DNA from: a virus
Virus record (IMG/VR): IMGVR_UViG_3300018080_000121
Coordinates: 32,001-96,000 of that record
DNA: 64,000 nucleotides
Strand: one strand, 5' to 3'
The notes beneath the pieces were generated by a model. It did not search any database, was not told the DNA's origin, and saw only the letters and a program-made list of their open reading frames with translations. This document shows, in pieces, positions 37,731-46,613 of the stretch (the stretch's first letter is position 1; each line of letters opens with the position of its first letter). Position numbers and translations under genes: made by a program.

Positions 37731-38715
37731 CCTCAAATGTTCCTATTGTGCGATTACCAGGAACTATAAAGGAAAACCAGATCAGTATCCTGATATGAAG
37801 CACTACTTGGAAAATGAGATGGACACCAAAACAGTGATTGAAATTCTCAGGAGAATAAAGGCTCATAACCCAGATGCATTCCATATTCTTTATGGGGGCG
37901 AGCCGCTCTTGAGAAAAGATCTTCCGGAGATTGTGAACTTCTGTAACTCAGAAGATATCCATTACACAATCATAACCAATAACTCTGACGAGGTCCAACC
38001 ATTACTGGAAAAACTCTTGGTTGAGACCGACTACGTAACTGGTTTGACATCTTCTGTAGATCCTCTAGTTGAATCTGAGGACCCTGAATCCGACCGTTAT
38101 AAGAAATGTGTCGCAGGGTTTAATCGGTTGGGAGAATACAGAGATGTCATTAAAGATGTCGTTGCTGAAATAACCGTTGATAATAACAACGTTGGACATC
38201 TTTATAATCTTGTTGCTATGCTCACAAAGATGGGAGTTAATAGCGATATAACTTTCATTGATATTGCGAAGAGTCCGTACTATGACTTTTCAAATGTTAC
38301 AGATGAAGGACTGTTGGTTCCCCAATCGGATGAGTTGAGTCTACAATTTGATAAGATTATAGATGATAAACTCGACGTACATATGGCGGATAAACTACTC
38401 CCAGAAATCTTTAAAATCTTACCGTCGGATATGGATTGTGGTATTGAAAACAATATCCATAACATGACCATTGACGCAGATGGATCAGTAAGATTATGTT
38501 TGAGAATTCGAGGAGTACAAACTCCAAAATTTAAAGCAATTGATCAGTTTTCACCCGATGGAAAACTTATGGCTGCATCTCTTAGAAAGTTCATAAAGCA
38601 TGATAAAGACATATACTGTAGGGGTTGTAATTGGACCTGTATGTTGATGTCACGGATGCTTTCAAGGAGAAAAGATACAGTCCAGAATCTAGTCCATCGG
38701 GATAGGAGGAAATGA
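37681..38715 (+). CDS. Radical SAM protein with C-terminal Cys cluster (MoaA/PqqE-like)
   Basis: LTRRCNLKCSYC, YGGEPLLRKDL, IITN; C-terminal C..TIDADGSVRLC..CRGCNWTC. Confidence 0.9.
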   Translation: MIDKIQIVSWLLTRRCNLKCSYCAITRNYKGKPDQYPDMKHYLENEMDTKTVIEILRRIKAHNPDAFHILYGGEPLLRKDLPEIVNFCNSEDIHYTIITNNSDEVQPLLEKLLVETDYVTGLTSSVDPLVESEDPESDRYKKCVAGFNRLGEYRDVIKDVVAEITVDNNNVGHLYNLVAMLTKMGVNSDITFIDIAKSPYYDFSNVTDEGLLVPQSDELSLQFDKIIDDKLDVHMADKLLPEIFKILPSDMDCGIENNIHNMTIDADGSVRLCLRIRGVQTPKFKAIDQFSPDGKLMAASLRKFIKHDKDIYCRGCNWTCMLMSRMLSRRKDTVQNLVHRDRRK

Positions 38716-39020
38716 TGGCAGACAGAATAACCACTGCTCTCACTTTTCTAGATAGGATTAGAGAAGAGGGAGAAGTTACAATTAAGTTCCGAAAGAAGGA
38801 TGGAGCCGAAAGGATTATGAGATGTACTTTGGATATGGAGAAAGTTCCAGTCGCACAAAGACCACAGTCGGTAAATCTCGCAAAGATCTTACGGCTATTG
38901 AACACCCATAAGATCCTACATGTTTATGATATGGATGTGGGTGATTGGAGAAGTGTCCCATTCGATAGAACTGAATGGTTAGAGACGACAGACCAAAGGA
39001 GGTACAAAATTGGCGGATAA
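38712..39020 (+). CDS. WYL_2/DUF2693-like SH3-barrel protein
   Basis: VTIKFRKKDGAERIMRCTL..VYDMDVGDWRS. Confidence 0.75.
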   Translation: MMADRITTALTFLDRIREEGEVTIKFRKKDGAERIMRCTLDMEKVPVAQRPQSVNLAKILRLLNTHKILHVYDMDVGDWRSVPFDRTEWLETTDQRRYKIGG

Positions 39021-39216
39021 AGTAGATGACCTGTCAATAGAAGTATTTACCAATGTTGACATTGTTCCATATCTAAAATACCATGCAGAGAACAACCCAA
39101 ATGTTTTAGATGTGGGTGCATTTGCGATAGCAGTTTTTAAAAATATGAAAGACTTCATAAAGGAGAATTACGGGGAGGTGATAGAGGATGGGAGTGTACC
39201 TGGACGAGATTCTTGA
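39010..39216 (+). CDS. Small hypothetical protein
   Basis: 68-aa ORF with GGAGG RBS. Confidence 0.5.
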   Translation: MADKVDDLSIEVFTNVDIVPYLKYHAENNPNVLDVGAFAIAVFKNMKDFIKENYGEVIEDGSVPGRDS

Positions 39217-39553
39217 ATCAGTGAAGAAGAATCCAGTGGCGGAACAACTGAGGATTATATGTGACAAGATTTTTGCTGAAGAGATCCATCATCCGAAGTT
39301 ATATAGAGGTCCACAAGGACCAAATATATTTCTATCTCTTCCAGCTGTTAAAGAAGAGACTGGAATGTGTGATACTCATTACGTTTGTCTAGAACGAGAA
39401 GCAATGAATAGGTTCATTGTTAGTCATTGGATCAAGGGAAAGAAATCAGAATCGCCTTTAAAAAGAGTCAAAGTATGGCCTGTTAGAGCAGACACGTCAA
39501 AAAAGATTCTAAAGGAGTTTGGGGCGAAACTGTTATTTGTGAAAGGAGAATAG
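39188..39553 (+). CDS. Hypothetical protein
   Basis: 121-aa ORF with GAGGA RBS. Confidence 0.6.
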   Translation: MGVYLDEILESVKKNPVAEQLRIICDKIFAEEIHHPKLYRGPQGPNIFLSLPAVKEETGMCDTHYVCLEREAMNRFIVSHWIKGKKSESPLKRVKVWPVRADTSKKILKEFGAKLLFVKGE

Positions 39554-39558
39554 AGATT

Positions 39559-42048
39559 ATGGAAGAGATTGTTATGAATCCATACTTTGCCAGCTTGGTA
39601 ATCTCTGATGAATCAAGCGACACTTCAGACAAAACTAAAAAAACATTCACTCCATTTAAACGGCTTAAATTGATAGATACGCCGGACTTTTTTCGTGGAA
39701 TGAATGGTACCCACATGGAGAGGGAAATTCTTCCGAGGAATTGCAGAATTGTACATGACCTTCCCAATACCAGTGAGAAAATAGTTGTTATTGAGGAAGA
39801 GCCGGGTGTCCGGAATCTGAGATTTGCTGTTGGATTCCAGGGGACTTTAGACTCGCTAAAAAATGCTGGTTATGATGATATGTACCAGTATCTCAGCGAA
39901 AATGTAAAGAGTAGAAATGGAGAATATACCTTGCAGGTGTCAATGCCATTTGTAGTAGTGGTTATGTTTATTCAAAACTACATTGCCACTTCAGTGCAAG
40001 TATTCTTTCGAATGCGACCCCTTACAAGTTATTCTGATTCTCTGTACTATGCAAACCTCCTCAACATTCCAGACAGTCAGTATATATGTCTTGGTAATCG
40101 ACCCCCAAGTTATCGTGAACCAGATAATCTCTATGATGCTTGTACTATTGAGCTTGAAAGATTCTGGAACACAGCATATAACATGGATTACTACCACAAC
40201 TACAAGATGTATGAGCGGGATGTTCCGGAAGTCTGTAATCCGCTTGTGTGGCATTATAATACTGTGATTGATCCCATGTTTATCTACACAGTTCCGTGGA
40301 TCATCTATCCTAAAACGATAGGTGAAACAATAGATGATATGGCGGGTGGTAGAACACAAGGAATCCCATCATACGACAAACTAAGGGAGATATTCTATCG
40401 ACCAATCAAAGCACAAACAAGACACAAAACCCACTATAAAAATACAGCTCAAGAGTTAGCTATTAAAAATAGTTACCTTTGTGTTGGGGATAACATTACA
40501 ATAGGAAAGAAAGAATACATTGTTGCATCTTTTGTCGGTACTCCTGGTCATAGACCTACGAGGGTAATCCTACAGGGTGCTGATGGGAAAACGACAGAAG
40601 TATCCATTACACAAAAATTCAAAAATGAAATCCAGAAGCAGAGATCTGCATCGAAAGAAGTCAAGTCGGTTCAGATTGGTGATCAGAAGATCAGTACCAA
40701 TGACTTGATTGTGATCAAGTCAAGATATGCTGGAAAGATTTTTAAGAAGGTACATGTAATTCGAGTCGCCAGAGATGGTAAAATAGAAGCAAGACTTGGT
40801 AGTGATTACTATCTTCTTGAGAATTTGGAATTCGATGTTGTGGATATGTCTAACGTTGAAGTTAACGGGATTAAGGTTGACGCAAATAAGACCTATGTTA
40901 TCCTGAAAGCGGATTATGGTCAAGGTCCTACGTTCCAAAAGTATGACGTAAAGCTTGACAGTTTTGATTCCAATGGGGCTAACATGAGAGCCTTGTTTAA
41001 GAATGTTATGACCGGAAGTAGGATTGCAATTGATCTAAATCCAACAGGTACGCCAGTATATAAGTTGTCGGATAGTAAAGACACTTATATAACACCTCCT
41101 GTATTTAGATATGCCGACTCTCTTGTAACCAACTGGAAAGACGGTGGTGTTGATGGTTATGGTCTCATTCCTGGTGAAGGAATAGTGGCCTACGATGGCG
41201 GTGGTTATTATAGAGATTATAAAAGGACTACCGCAAAGAGTAATATCCTGAGCGAGGATAAAACTGAGATTCATATTCCTAGCTTCGATGGAGATATTTA
41301 CTTCAAAGTTGGGGATGCTGTAGTTCATGCGGACTGGAACAATCCTGAGAACATGTTGAAAGTCTGCACTATTGCTCTGTTTAAAGAGCAACTTGGGTCG
41401 TTGTATATTGTCATGACGACTCTTGATGGAAAAGAAGTATTTGAAACCGAGTTCATTGATTTTGAACGAGGACGGATCAGACCTGGTACTGTCCGACACA
41501 TTGTAGCAAAATGGGATAAATGGAAAGCTGGTGATAAACTTAGAGCAAAAGTTGGTCGTATTCCAGCATTTCCAAAGAAGGATGTCAACACAATCGTTGG
41601 GTTCTTACCTGATACAGGTAGAGATATCCCTCAAATTTTGATGTCAAACGGGTGTACCCTCTGGATGGACGAAGAGACGATGAACAACTTTGAAGTCCTT
41701 CGTAGGGGAACAGCTGCTTGTGCAAAGCAGAAAAATGCTCCAATGCAACTGGACAAAATTAAGTGGCAACCGGGCGATCTGGTGGTAAGGGATGGTTCGA
41801 TTGGAATGATTAACCGGCATGAAGGAAGACGGTCCTTGAGAGTGACTGTTACTGAAAGGAGGGCAGGCTTTACGTACAATTATCCAACAAGGAAAAACTT
41901 AGTCAGGTATGGTTTCCTGATACCAAGACGGACGCAACAACATCAATACATGGGAACTGGATTTCCTGTATTTCCTAACTTCCATGGTTGGTATACTGTT
42001 GCGGAAAGGAGTCCAATGCATGTATCGGAGGACGTGAACAATGTTTAA
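39559..42048 (+). CDS. Prokaryotic E2 family D-like domain fused to repeated SH3/KOW-like barrels
   Basis: SMPFVVVV..VFFRMRPL..LYYANLLNIPDSQYICLG..FWNTAYNMD (cf. E2-D P..N....g.iC.G..Fw.s.fn); later repeated xxGDxV units; directly upstream of JAB, E1 and Ubl genes. Confidence 0.65.
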   Translation: MEEIVMNPYFASLVISDESSDTSDKTKKTFTPFKRLKLIDTPDFFRGMNGTHMEREILPRNCRIVHDLPNTSEKIVVIEEEPGVRNLRFAVGFQGTLDSLKNAGYDDMYQYLSENVKSRNGEYTLQVSMPFVVVVMFIQNYIATSVQVFFRMRPLTSYSDSLYYANLLNIPDSQYICLGNRPPSYREPDNLYDACTIELERFWNTAYNMDYYHNYKMYERDVPEVCNPLVWHYNTVIDPMFIYTVPWIIYPKTIGETIDDMAGGRTQGIPSYDKLREIFYRPIKAQTRHKTHYKNTAQELAIKNSYLCVGDNITIGKKEYIVASFVGTPGHRPTRVILQGADGKTTEVSITQKFKNEIQKQRSASKEVKSVQIGDQKISTNDLIVIKSRYAGKIFKKVHVIRVARDGKIEARLGSDYYLLENLEFDVVDMSNVEVNGIKVDANKTYVILKADYGQGPTFQKYDVKLDSFDSNGANMRALFKNVMTGSRIAIDLNPTGTPVYKLSDSKDTYITPPVFRYADSLVTNWKDGGVDGYGLIPGEGIVAYDGGGYYRDYKRTTAKSNILSEDKTEIHIPSFDGDIYFKVGDAVVHADWNNPENMLKVCTIALFKEQLGSLYIVMTTLDGKEVFETEFIDFERGRIRPGTVRHIVAKWDKWKAGDKLRAKVGRIPAFPKKDVNTIVGFLPDTGRDIPQILMSNGCTLWMDEETMNNFEVLRRGTAACAKQKNAPMQLDKIKWQPGDLVVRDGSIGMINRHEGRRSLRVTVTERRAGFTYNYPTRKNLVRYGFLIPRRTQQHQYMGTGFPVFPNFHGWYTVAERSPMHVSEDVNNV

Positions 42049-43219
42049 TGTATGGATCAACGACGGTACAACTGAAATGCCTACTGACGATATTCTATAT
42101 ATCGTAGCGAAAGATGGGATATTCTTAAAGAAGAAATTAGGTTTCTTTGAGAGTATTGCGAAAGTGGACCAAATGTCTATTTTGAAAGATGTAGATCCTT
42201 ATGCGACGATGGACATTAAACCAATACCAAGAAAGAAATTTGCTCAAATCATTTCATTCTATCGTGAAGTGGCTAAGCAATTTTCTGGTGAGGCGATGAC
42301 CATTTTACATTATAACCCGAAACGAAAAAGGTTTAGAATTGAAATCCCTGACCAGGAAGTTTCGGGTGGTGGTGTTGGATGGGAAAGTTTGGAAAGCTAC
42401 AAGGGTTATGTTCGAATCGGTTCAATTCATAGCCACAATCATATGTCCGCTTTCCACTCAGGAACGGATGATAACGACGAATTCAATTGGGATGGAATTC
42501 ATATCACGATTGGAAAAGTCGGGAATCCAAATGTTGACATTTCAGCGTCATTAGTGTTTAACGGAACCAGGTTCATGATTGACCCATGTGATTATGTAGA
42601 AGACTTGGAAATGGTAGAATCCGAGGCTTCATATGTAGGTCCAAAGACCTATAAATGGGAAGGTAATAAGCTGGTACCAGCAAACGACGCTGCTAAGAAA
42701 ACAGTTACATTAGGATATCGAATCAAAAATGAAAGGGCTAAGGAAAGGAAATTCCCTTCTACCTGGTTGAAGAATGTGAGTAAATGGATGCCGAGAACTC
42801 AACCAAATCAGGGAATTTATTCAGGTGGTGTCAATGGTATTGTTGGACCGGCTCGACAACCATGGCAGCATAATCCACATGGAAATCCTTATTGGGGAAG
42901 GTTCCATCAAGGTCGTCATAATGGTCGACAAGCTCTCTTGAGACGACAATTTAATACAGGAAATAATCATGATCAGGTCGCTGCTCAGGAAGGAGTCAGT
43001 TTTGACACAGCTTATGAACCCGGGGATCCAATGGATTGGGATCCATGTGAAAACTGTCCGTATTGCAACTATAAATCCAACCAGTTGCTTATGGATCTTA
43101 TTAACCAGTTGGATTTGGATGAGGACCAGTTAGCACAGCTTGGGCTTACTGAAGAAGAAGATGACAATCCATTAGCGGGTGAATACGATGGAGGTGAAGT
43201 GTATGTTGGGGGACCGTAG
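42041..43219 (+). CDS. JAB/MPN+ metalloprotease (prokaryotic deubiquitinase-like)
   Basis: YIVAKDGIF N-terminal motif, GEA, GSIHSHNHMSAFHSGTDDNDE (HxH-x7-S-x2-D). Confidence 0.9.
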   Translation: MFNVWINDGTTEMPTDDILYIVAKDGIFLKKKLGFFESIAKVDQMSILKDVDPYATMDIKPIPRKKFAQIISFYREVAKQFSGEAMTILHYNPKRKRFRIEIPDQEVSGGGVGWESLESYKGYVRIGSIHSHNHMSAFHSGTDDNDEFNWDGIHITIGKVGNPNVDISASLVFNGTRFMIDPCDYVEDLEMVESEASYVGPKTYKWEGNKLVPANDAAKKTVTLGYRIKNERAKERKFPSTWLKNVSKWMPRTQPNQGIYSGGVNGIVGPARQPWQHNPHGNPYWGRFHQGRHNGRQALLRRQFNTGNNHDQVAAQEGVSFDTAYEPGDPMDWDPCENCPYCNYKSNQLLMDLINQLDLDEDQLAQLGLTEEEDDNPLAGEYDGGEVYVGGP

Positions 43220-43898
43220 AATCAAAATTGTTGGATTGGGCGGAATCGGTTCTGCATTATGTGATAACCTATGCAGATTTCTAAACCATCAACCCACCCG
43301 CTGTAGACTTGTACTAATTGATGGTGATGACTACGAGATTAAAAATAAAGCTCGCCAGTCATTTAATCAGTTGGGAAACAAGGCGAGGGTAAAATGTACA
43401 GAAATGAGATTGTCCCATGAGAATATCTCGTTTGACGATGTTGCTGAATATCTAACACCGTCAAATATTGGGGAGTACATTCAAGAAGATGACGTTGTGT
43501 TTCTGTGTGTAGATAACCATAAAACGAGAAAAGTGGTTTCTGATCATGCAAAGACACTTGAAAACGTTATTGTGATTTCTGGTGGTAATGAATACACAGA
43601 CGGAAATGTGCAAATCTTTATTAGAGAAGGAGGTGAAAATAAAACACCGTCGTTGTCAGATTACCATCCGGAGATCGCCCACCCTGGTGATAAGTCACCA
43701 GATGAAATGAGCTGTGAAGAGTTGGCGAACTCTGAGCCACAATTGTTATTTGCAAATCTTTCTGTGGCTACAATTATGTGTTGGACTTTCTACAATATTC
43801 TTGAAGGAAAGTTGGCGCAGAACAGCTCAGAAGTATATTTCGACATGTTGAAAATGAATACGCTAGCAAAACAACGAAAACCTAGAGCTCAAAAGTAA
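43203..43898 (+). CDS. ThiF/E1-like activating enzyme
   Basis: VGLGGIGS, LIDGDDYEIKNKARQ, FLCVDNHKTR, ISGGN, candidate catalytic Cys in MSCEE..PQL..AN; ATG at 43203 after GGAGGTGA. Confidence 0.92.
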   Translation: MLGDRRIKIVGLGGIGSALCDNLCRFLNHQPTRCRLVLIDGDDYEIKNKARQSFNQLGNKARVKCTEMRLSHENISFDDVAEYLTPSNIGEYIQEDDVVFLCVDNHKTRKVVSDHAKTLENVIVISGGNEYTDGNVQIFIREGGENKTPSLSDYHPEIAHPGDKSPDEMSCEELANSEPQLLFANLSVATIMCWTFYNILEGKLAQNSSEVYFDMLKMNTLAKQRKPRAQK

Positions 43899-43913
43899 GG
43901 AGGATTGAAACAA

Positions 43914-44396
43914 ATGGGTACATTTAAAAGAGAGACATTGGAAGCTAAGACGGTTGTGGAACTCAGGGACATTCTTCGCAAGAAACAAATTAAAGGGATG
44001 ATGAAGAAACCCAAGAGACAAATTATCAATGCGATCATGGATTCCCAGAAGGGTGCGGTTCCTGCAGCTGCAGTGGCGAAACCTTCCAAAGCTTCTCCCA
44101 AGTCCACTGGACCGGTTACCAAAATGTCTCTGACAATGGACAGTGAATTGACGAAGCCTGGTGCTCGATTCGGTAACAGAACCAAGACGACCGTCCGTGT
44201 TTCCTGTGGTGCTTCTTCTGGTGACTTTCCGGTTTGCGGTAAGAGCGTCGGCGCTGTTGCGAACTTCCTGCGCGAAGTCCTCAATGTCGATAAGCTCGCT
44301 GAGGGTCTTGTCAACGGTGAAAAAGTCTCTGAGGACTATGTTCTCCGTGAAGGGGATACCCTCGAATACATCAAACCTGCTGGCCGCAAGGGCTAG
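43914..44396 (+). CDS. Ubiquitin-like (beta-grasp) protein with N-terminal Rho_N/HeH-like domain, ends in Gly
   Basis: N-term LEAKTVVELRDILRKKQIKGMMKKPKRQIINAI; C-term VRVSCG..SVGAV..LVNGEKVSEDYVLREGDTLEYIKPAGRKG-stop. Confidence 0.85.
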   Translation: MGTFKRETLEAKTVVELRDILRKKQIKGMMKKPKRQIINAIMDSQKGAVPAAAVAKPSKASPKSTGPVTKMSLTMDSELTKPGARFGNRTKTTVRVSCGASSGDFPVCGKSVGAVANFLREVLNVDKLAEGLVNGEKVSEDYVLREGDTLEYIKPAGRKG

Positions 44397-44406
44397 AGCG
44401 TAGTTA

Positions 44407-44432
44407 GTGGGGGTGGGGAAACTCACCCCCAC
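44407..44432 (+). promoter_or_regulatory. GC-rich 11-bp hairpin with GAAA tetraloop after the Ubl gene, no U-tract
   Basis: GTGGGGGTGGG-GAAA-CTCACCCCCAC (one G.U); followed directly by the next RBS. Confidence 0.7.
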
Positions 44433-44449
44433 ATCCCGGAGGTGAAAAC

Positions 44450-44989
44450 ATGGAAGAAGAAGTTCGAGTGGTCGAGGAAACTGATGAGCACTATTTAATT
44501 GAGAAGTTAGATGGATCAATGGTGAAGGCTTATAAGATTGACCAGCGAGATATTGTTGCGGCTCATATAGCTGGAGTTAATAAAATCGCAAAAGCTTTAG
44601 AACCAAGAGATGTAATGCATCTCGTTCATCTTATTGAAAATATTCTGAATTTTGAACCGACGATTTCAGAGTATTTGGATATGGCTACGAATCTTGGTAA
44701 TGTTATTGGTGACCTCTACGATAGAGTTGGAAATCCAAATCTTTTACATCATCCACATAAAAACATACACCCGGAATGTTATGGAACTGCACAGACTCTT
44801 AGAGATGAATGTGTCAAGCTGCTAAAGTTATTGTGGGAGGTGTTAGAAGAGCAAGAGAGAGGAAATCGTATTGGCGACGTGAGATATAGTGTAGCTGAAA
44901 TGACCAGGATAGTACTTTATGTTGCTAACCATCAAATTAAGTTCTCAAGACAAAGAGAGTGTACATATACGACAACAAAAATCTCTTGA
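44450..44989 (+). CDS. Hypothetical helical protein inside the Ubl cluster
   Basis: 179 aa with GGAGGTG RBS. Confidence 0.7.
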   Translation: MEEEVRVVEETDEHYLIEKLDGSMVKAYKIDQRDIVAAHIAGVNKIAKALEPRDVMHLVHLIENILNFEPTISEYLDMATNLGNVIGDLYDRVGNPNLLHHPHKNIHPECYGTAQTLRDECVKLLKLLWEVLEEQERGNRIGDVRYSVAEMTRIVLYVANHQIKFSRQRECTYTTTKIS

Positions 44990-45029
44990 TTTATGAACCC
45001 GTTTATTATAGAAAGGGGTATTATGTGAA

Positions 45030-45920
45030 ATGGCGAATAGTATCGTTGTAATCGGGTTAGGCTCGCTGGGAGGTTTCTTTGCAGAAAATATCTCAAAGCT
45101 TGACGGGGTGAAACGCCTCATTCTTGTTGACCCGGATATTGTCGAGAAGAAAAATCTGAAAAATTCTATTTACAGAAAGAGAGATGTTGGAAAAGGAAAG
45201 GTTGATGCGCTTGCTGATATTCTAGAATTCAGTCTAGATGGGAGCATCGAAATCATAAAAATCTTTAAGGAGTTTAAGGAGGGAGAGACACAACTACCAG
45301 AAGCAGATTTGGTGTTTGATTGTAGGGATGTTCTATGTAGCAGGGGTGGTTACATAGATGTGAAGATGTACATTTCTTTCCGAACGTTAGTCGTCGACTG
45401 TCAAAAACATGTTAATATTCCAAACACACGACGTGGAAGATATGTAGACCATGTTACCAAGAATGATATTCGAAATGCAGCATTTAACGCATTTCTTCTA
45501 GTGTATAGTAAGAAGATTTATGATTTGATGCGACAACAGACAGTACATACAATCCAGTTGGACGATTATCGAGAAGGTGTAAACCAAAGTCTTGAGTTGG
45601 TACAGAGTAAAAATGACTTGGTATATGAAAGTCAGAATGGAGAAGAGAAATTAGTAAATCTCCATGAGAATCTAGTACCAATTCTTGAAGCCAATAAAAA
45701 ACAGGATCTGAATGTGATTATTGGTGAAAAGCAAAATGTTTCACAAAAGTTAATGAAAATTCCATGTTCTGAGATGAGGGACCAATTCGACGTGATTAGG
45801 GTTTTCTCTGAGTTAGCAAGGAACATTCCATTGTCGTATGATAGGTATCTAATTCGAGTATTATATCTAAAGAAGGAAGGTATATATATCGAATTGCTAC
45901 CCAGCACAGGAGCTGCATAA
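45030..45920 (+). CDS. Second ThiF/E1-like protein with C-terminal extension
   Basis: VIGLGSLGG, LVDPDIVEKKNL, DVGKGKV, VFDCRD; lacks the canonical NxxRQ Arg-Gln. Confidence 0.85.
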   Translation: MANSIVVIGLGSLGGFFAENISKLDGVKRLILVDPDIVEKKNLKNSIYRKRDVGKGKVDALADILEFSLDGSIEIIKIFKEFKEGETQLPEADLVFDCRDVLCSRGGYIDVKMYISFRTLVVDCQKHVNIPNTRRGRYVDHVTKNDIRNAAFNAFLLVYSKKIYDLMRQQTVHTIQLDDYREGVNQSLELVQSKNDLVYESQNGEEKLVNLHENLVPILEANKKQDLNVIIGEKQNVSQKLMKIPCSEMRDQFDVIRVFSELARNIPLSYDRYLIRVLYLKKEGIYIELLPSTGAA

Positions 45921-45921
45921 A

Positions 45922-46335
45922 ATGGGAGAACAATTCACAGTTGAGGTGAATAGTCCGATAGTCCCTGTTTCACTTATCTGGAATCAACAACTTTATGAGA
46001 TTGTCGGCGTTCACCCAAGTTATGTGATGAATAAATATACAGTACACGTCGACGACTCTAGAAACATTACGGAATTGTACATCTGGAACTCGTTCCACCC
46101 AAACGCAGGCAATGCAACCAATGAACAAGTTCCTATTTCACAACCGCCGAGAATGAGTAAGTTCTGTTTACCACCAGAGTTAATAGGAACTCATTTTGAG
46201 CTTCCTGATACTACTTACTTTTTAGAGCAATTTGTTCTAAATCGGTGGTACCTTGATAATCCACATCACTATCCAAATCCTATCCATTACAAAACTGAAC
46301 CAGACATAGGAGGGCAACATGTTGGGAGAATTTGA
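45922..46335 (+). CDS. E2/UBC-like protein (HPN..C motif)
   Basis: SFHPNAG..SKFCLPP resembles the E2 HPN(I)..(I)CL signature with a loop insertion; adjacent to the second E1. Confidence 0.55.
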   Translation: MGEQFTVEVNSPIVPVSLIWNQQLYEIVGVHPSYVMNKYTVHVDDSRNITELYIWNSFHPNAGNATNEQVPISQPPRMSKFCLPPELIGTHFELPDTTYFLEQFVLNRWYLDNPHHYPNPIHYKTEPDIGGQHVGRI

Positions 46336-46612
46336 AAAAGCTCTTGAGCAAAGAGTTGAGAGCTTGGTGGACAAGCGAATTGAAGAACTAGACCTTGCGA
46401 CAAAATCAAATGTCGAAGAAGAAATTGTTGCTCGGATTGAGGAAGCGGAAGATGAATCTCTTAAAAAGATCAGGAGAACTGTAAGAGAAACAATTACTCA
46501 AGTAATTGCTTCGGAGATCAAGAGACACTTGATTTTCTTAGCAGAGAAATTGGACTCAATGCCTTTGGGTCCAAGAATTTCAAAAATCTTCAAAGAGTTG
46601 AAGGAGGAGTAA
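46319..46612 (+). CDS. Small coiled-coil protein
   Basis: 97-aa heptad-rich ORF directly before beta'. Confidence 0.6.
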   Translation: MLGEFEKALEQRVESLVDKRIEELDLATKSNVEEEIVARIEEAEDESLKKIRRTVRETITQVIASEIKRHLIFLAEKLDSMPLGPRISKIFKELKEE

Positions 46613-46613
46613 T

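Noticed and set aside
37681-38715. Calling this radical SAM QueE to complete the preQ0 pathway
   Set aside because: Too long, has extra C-terminal Cys clusters and lacks the QueE CDT motif.
43203-44396. ThiF plus ThiS/MoaD as a thiamine or molybdopterin sulfur relay
   Set aside because: No thiG, thiI, moaE or cysteine desulfurase nearby; E2-like genes are present and the Ubl has an extra N-terminal domain and lacks the GG end.
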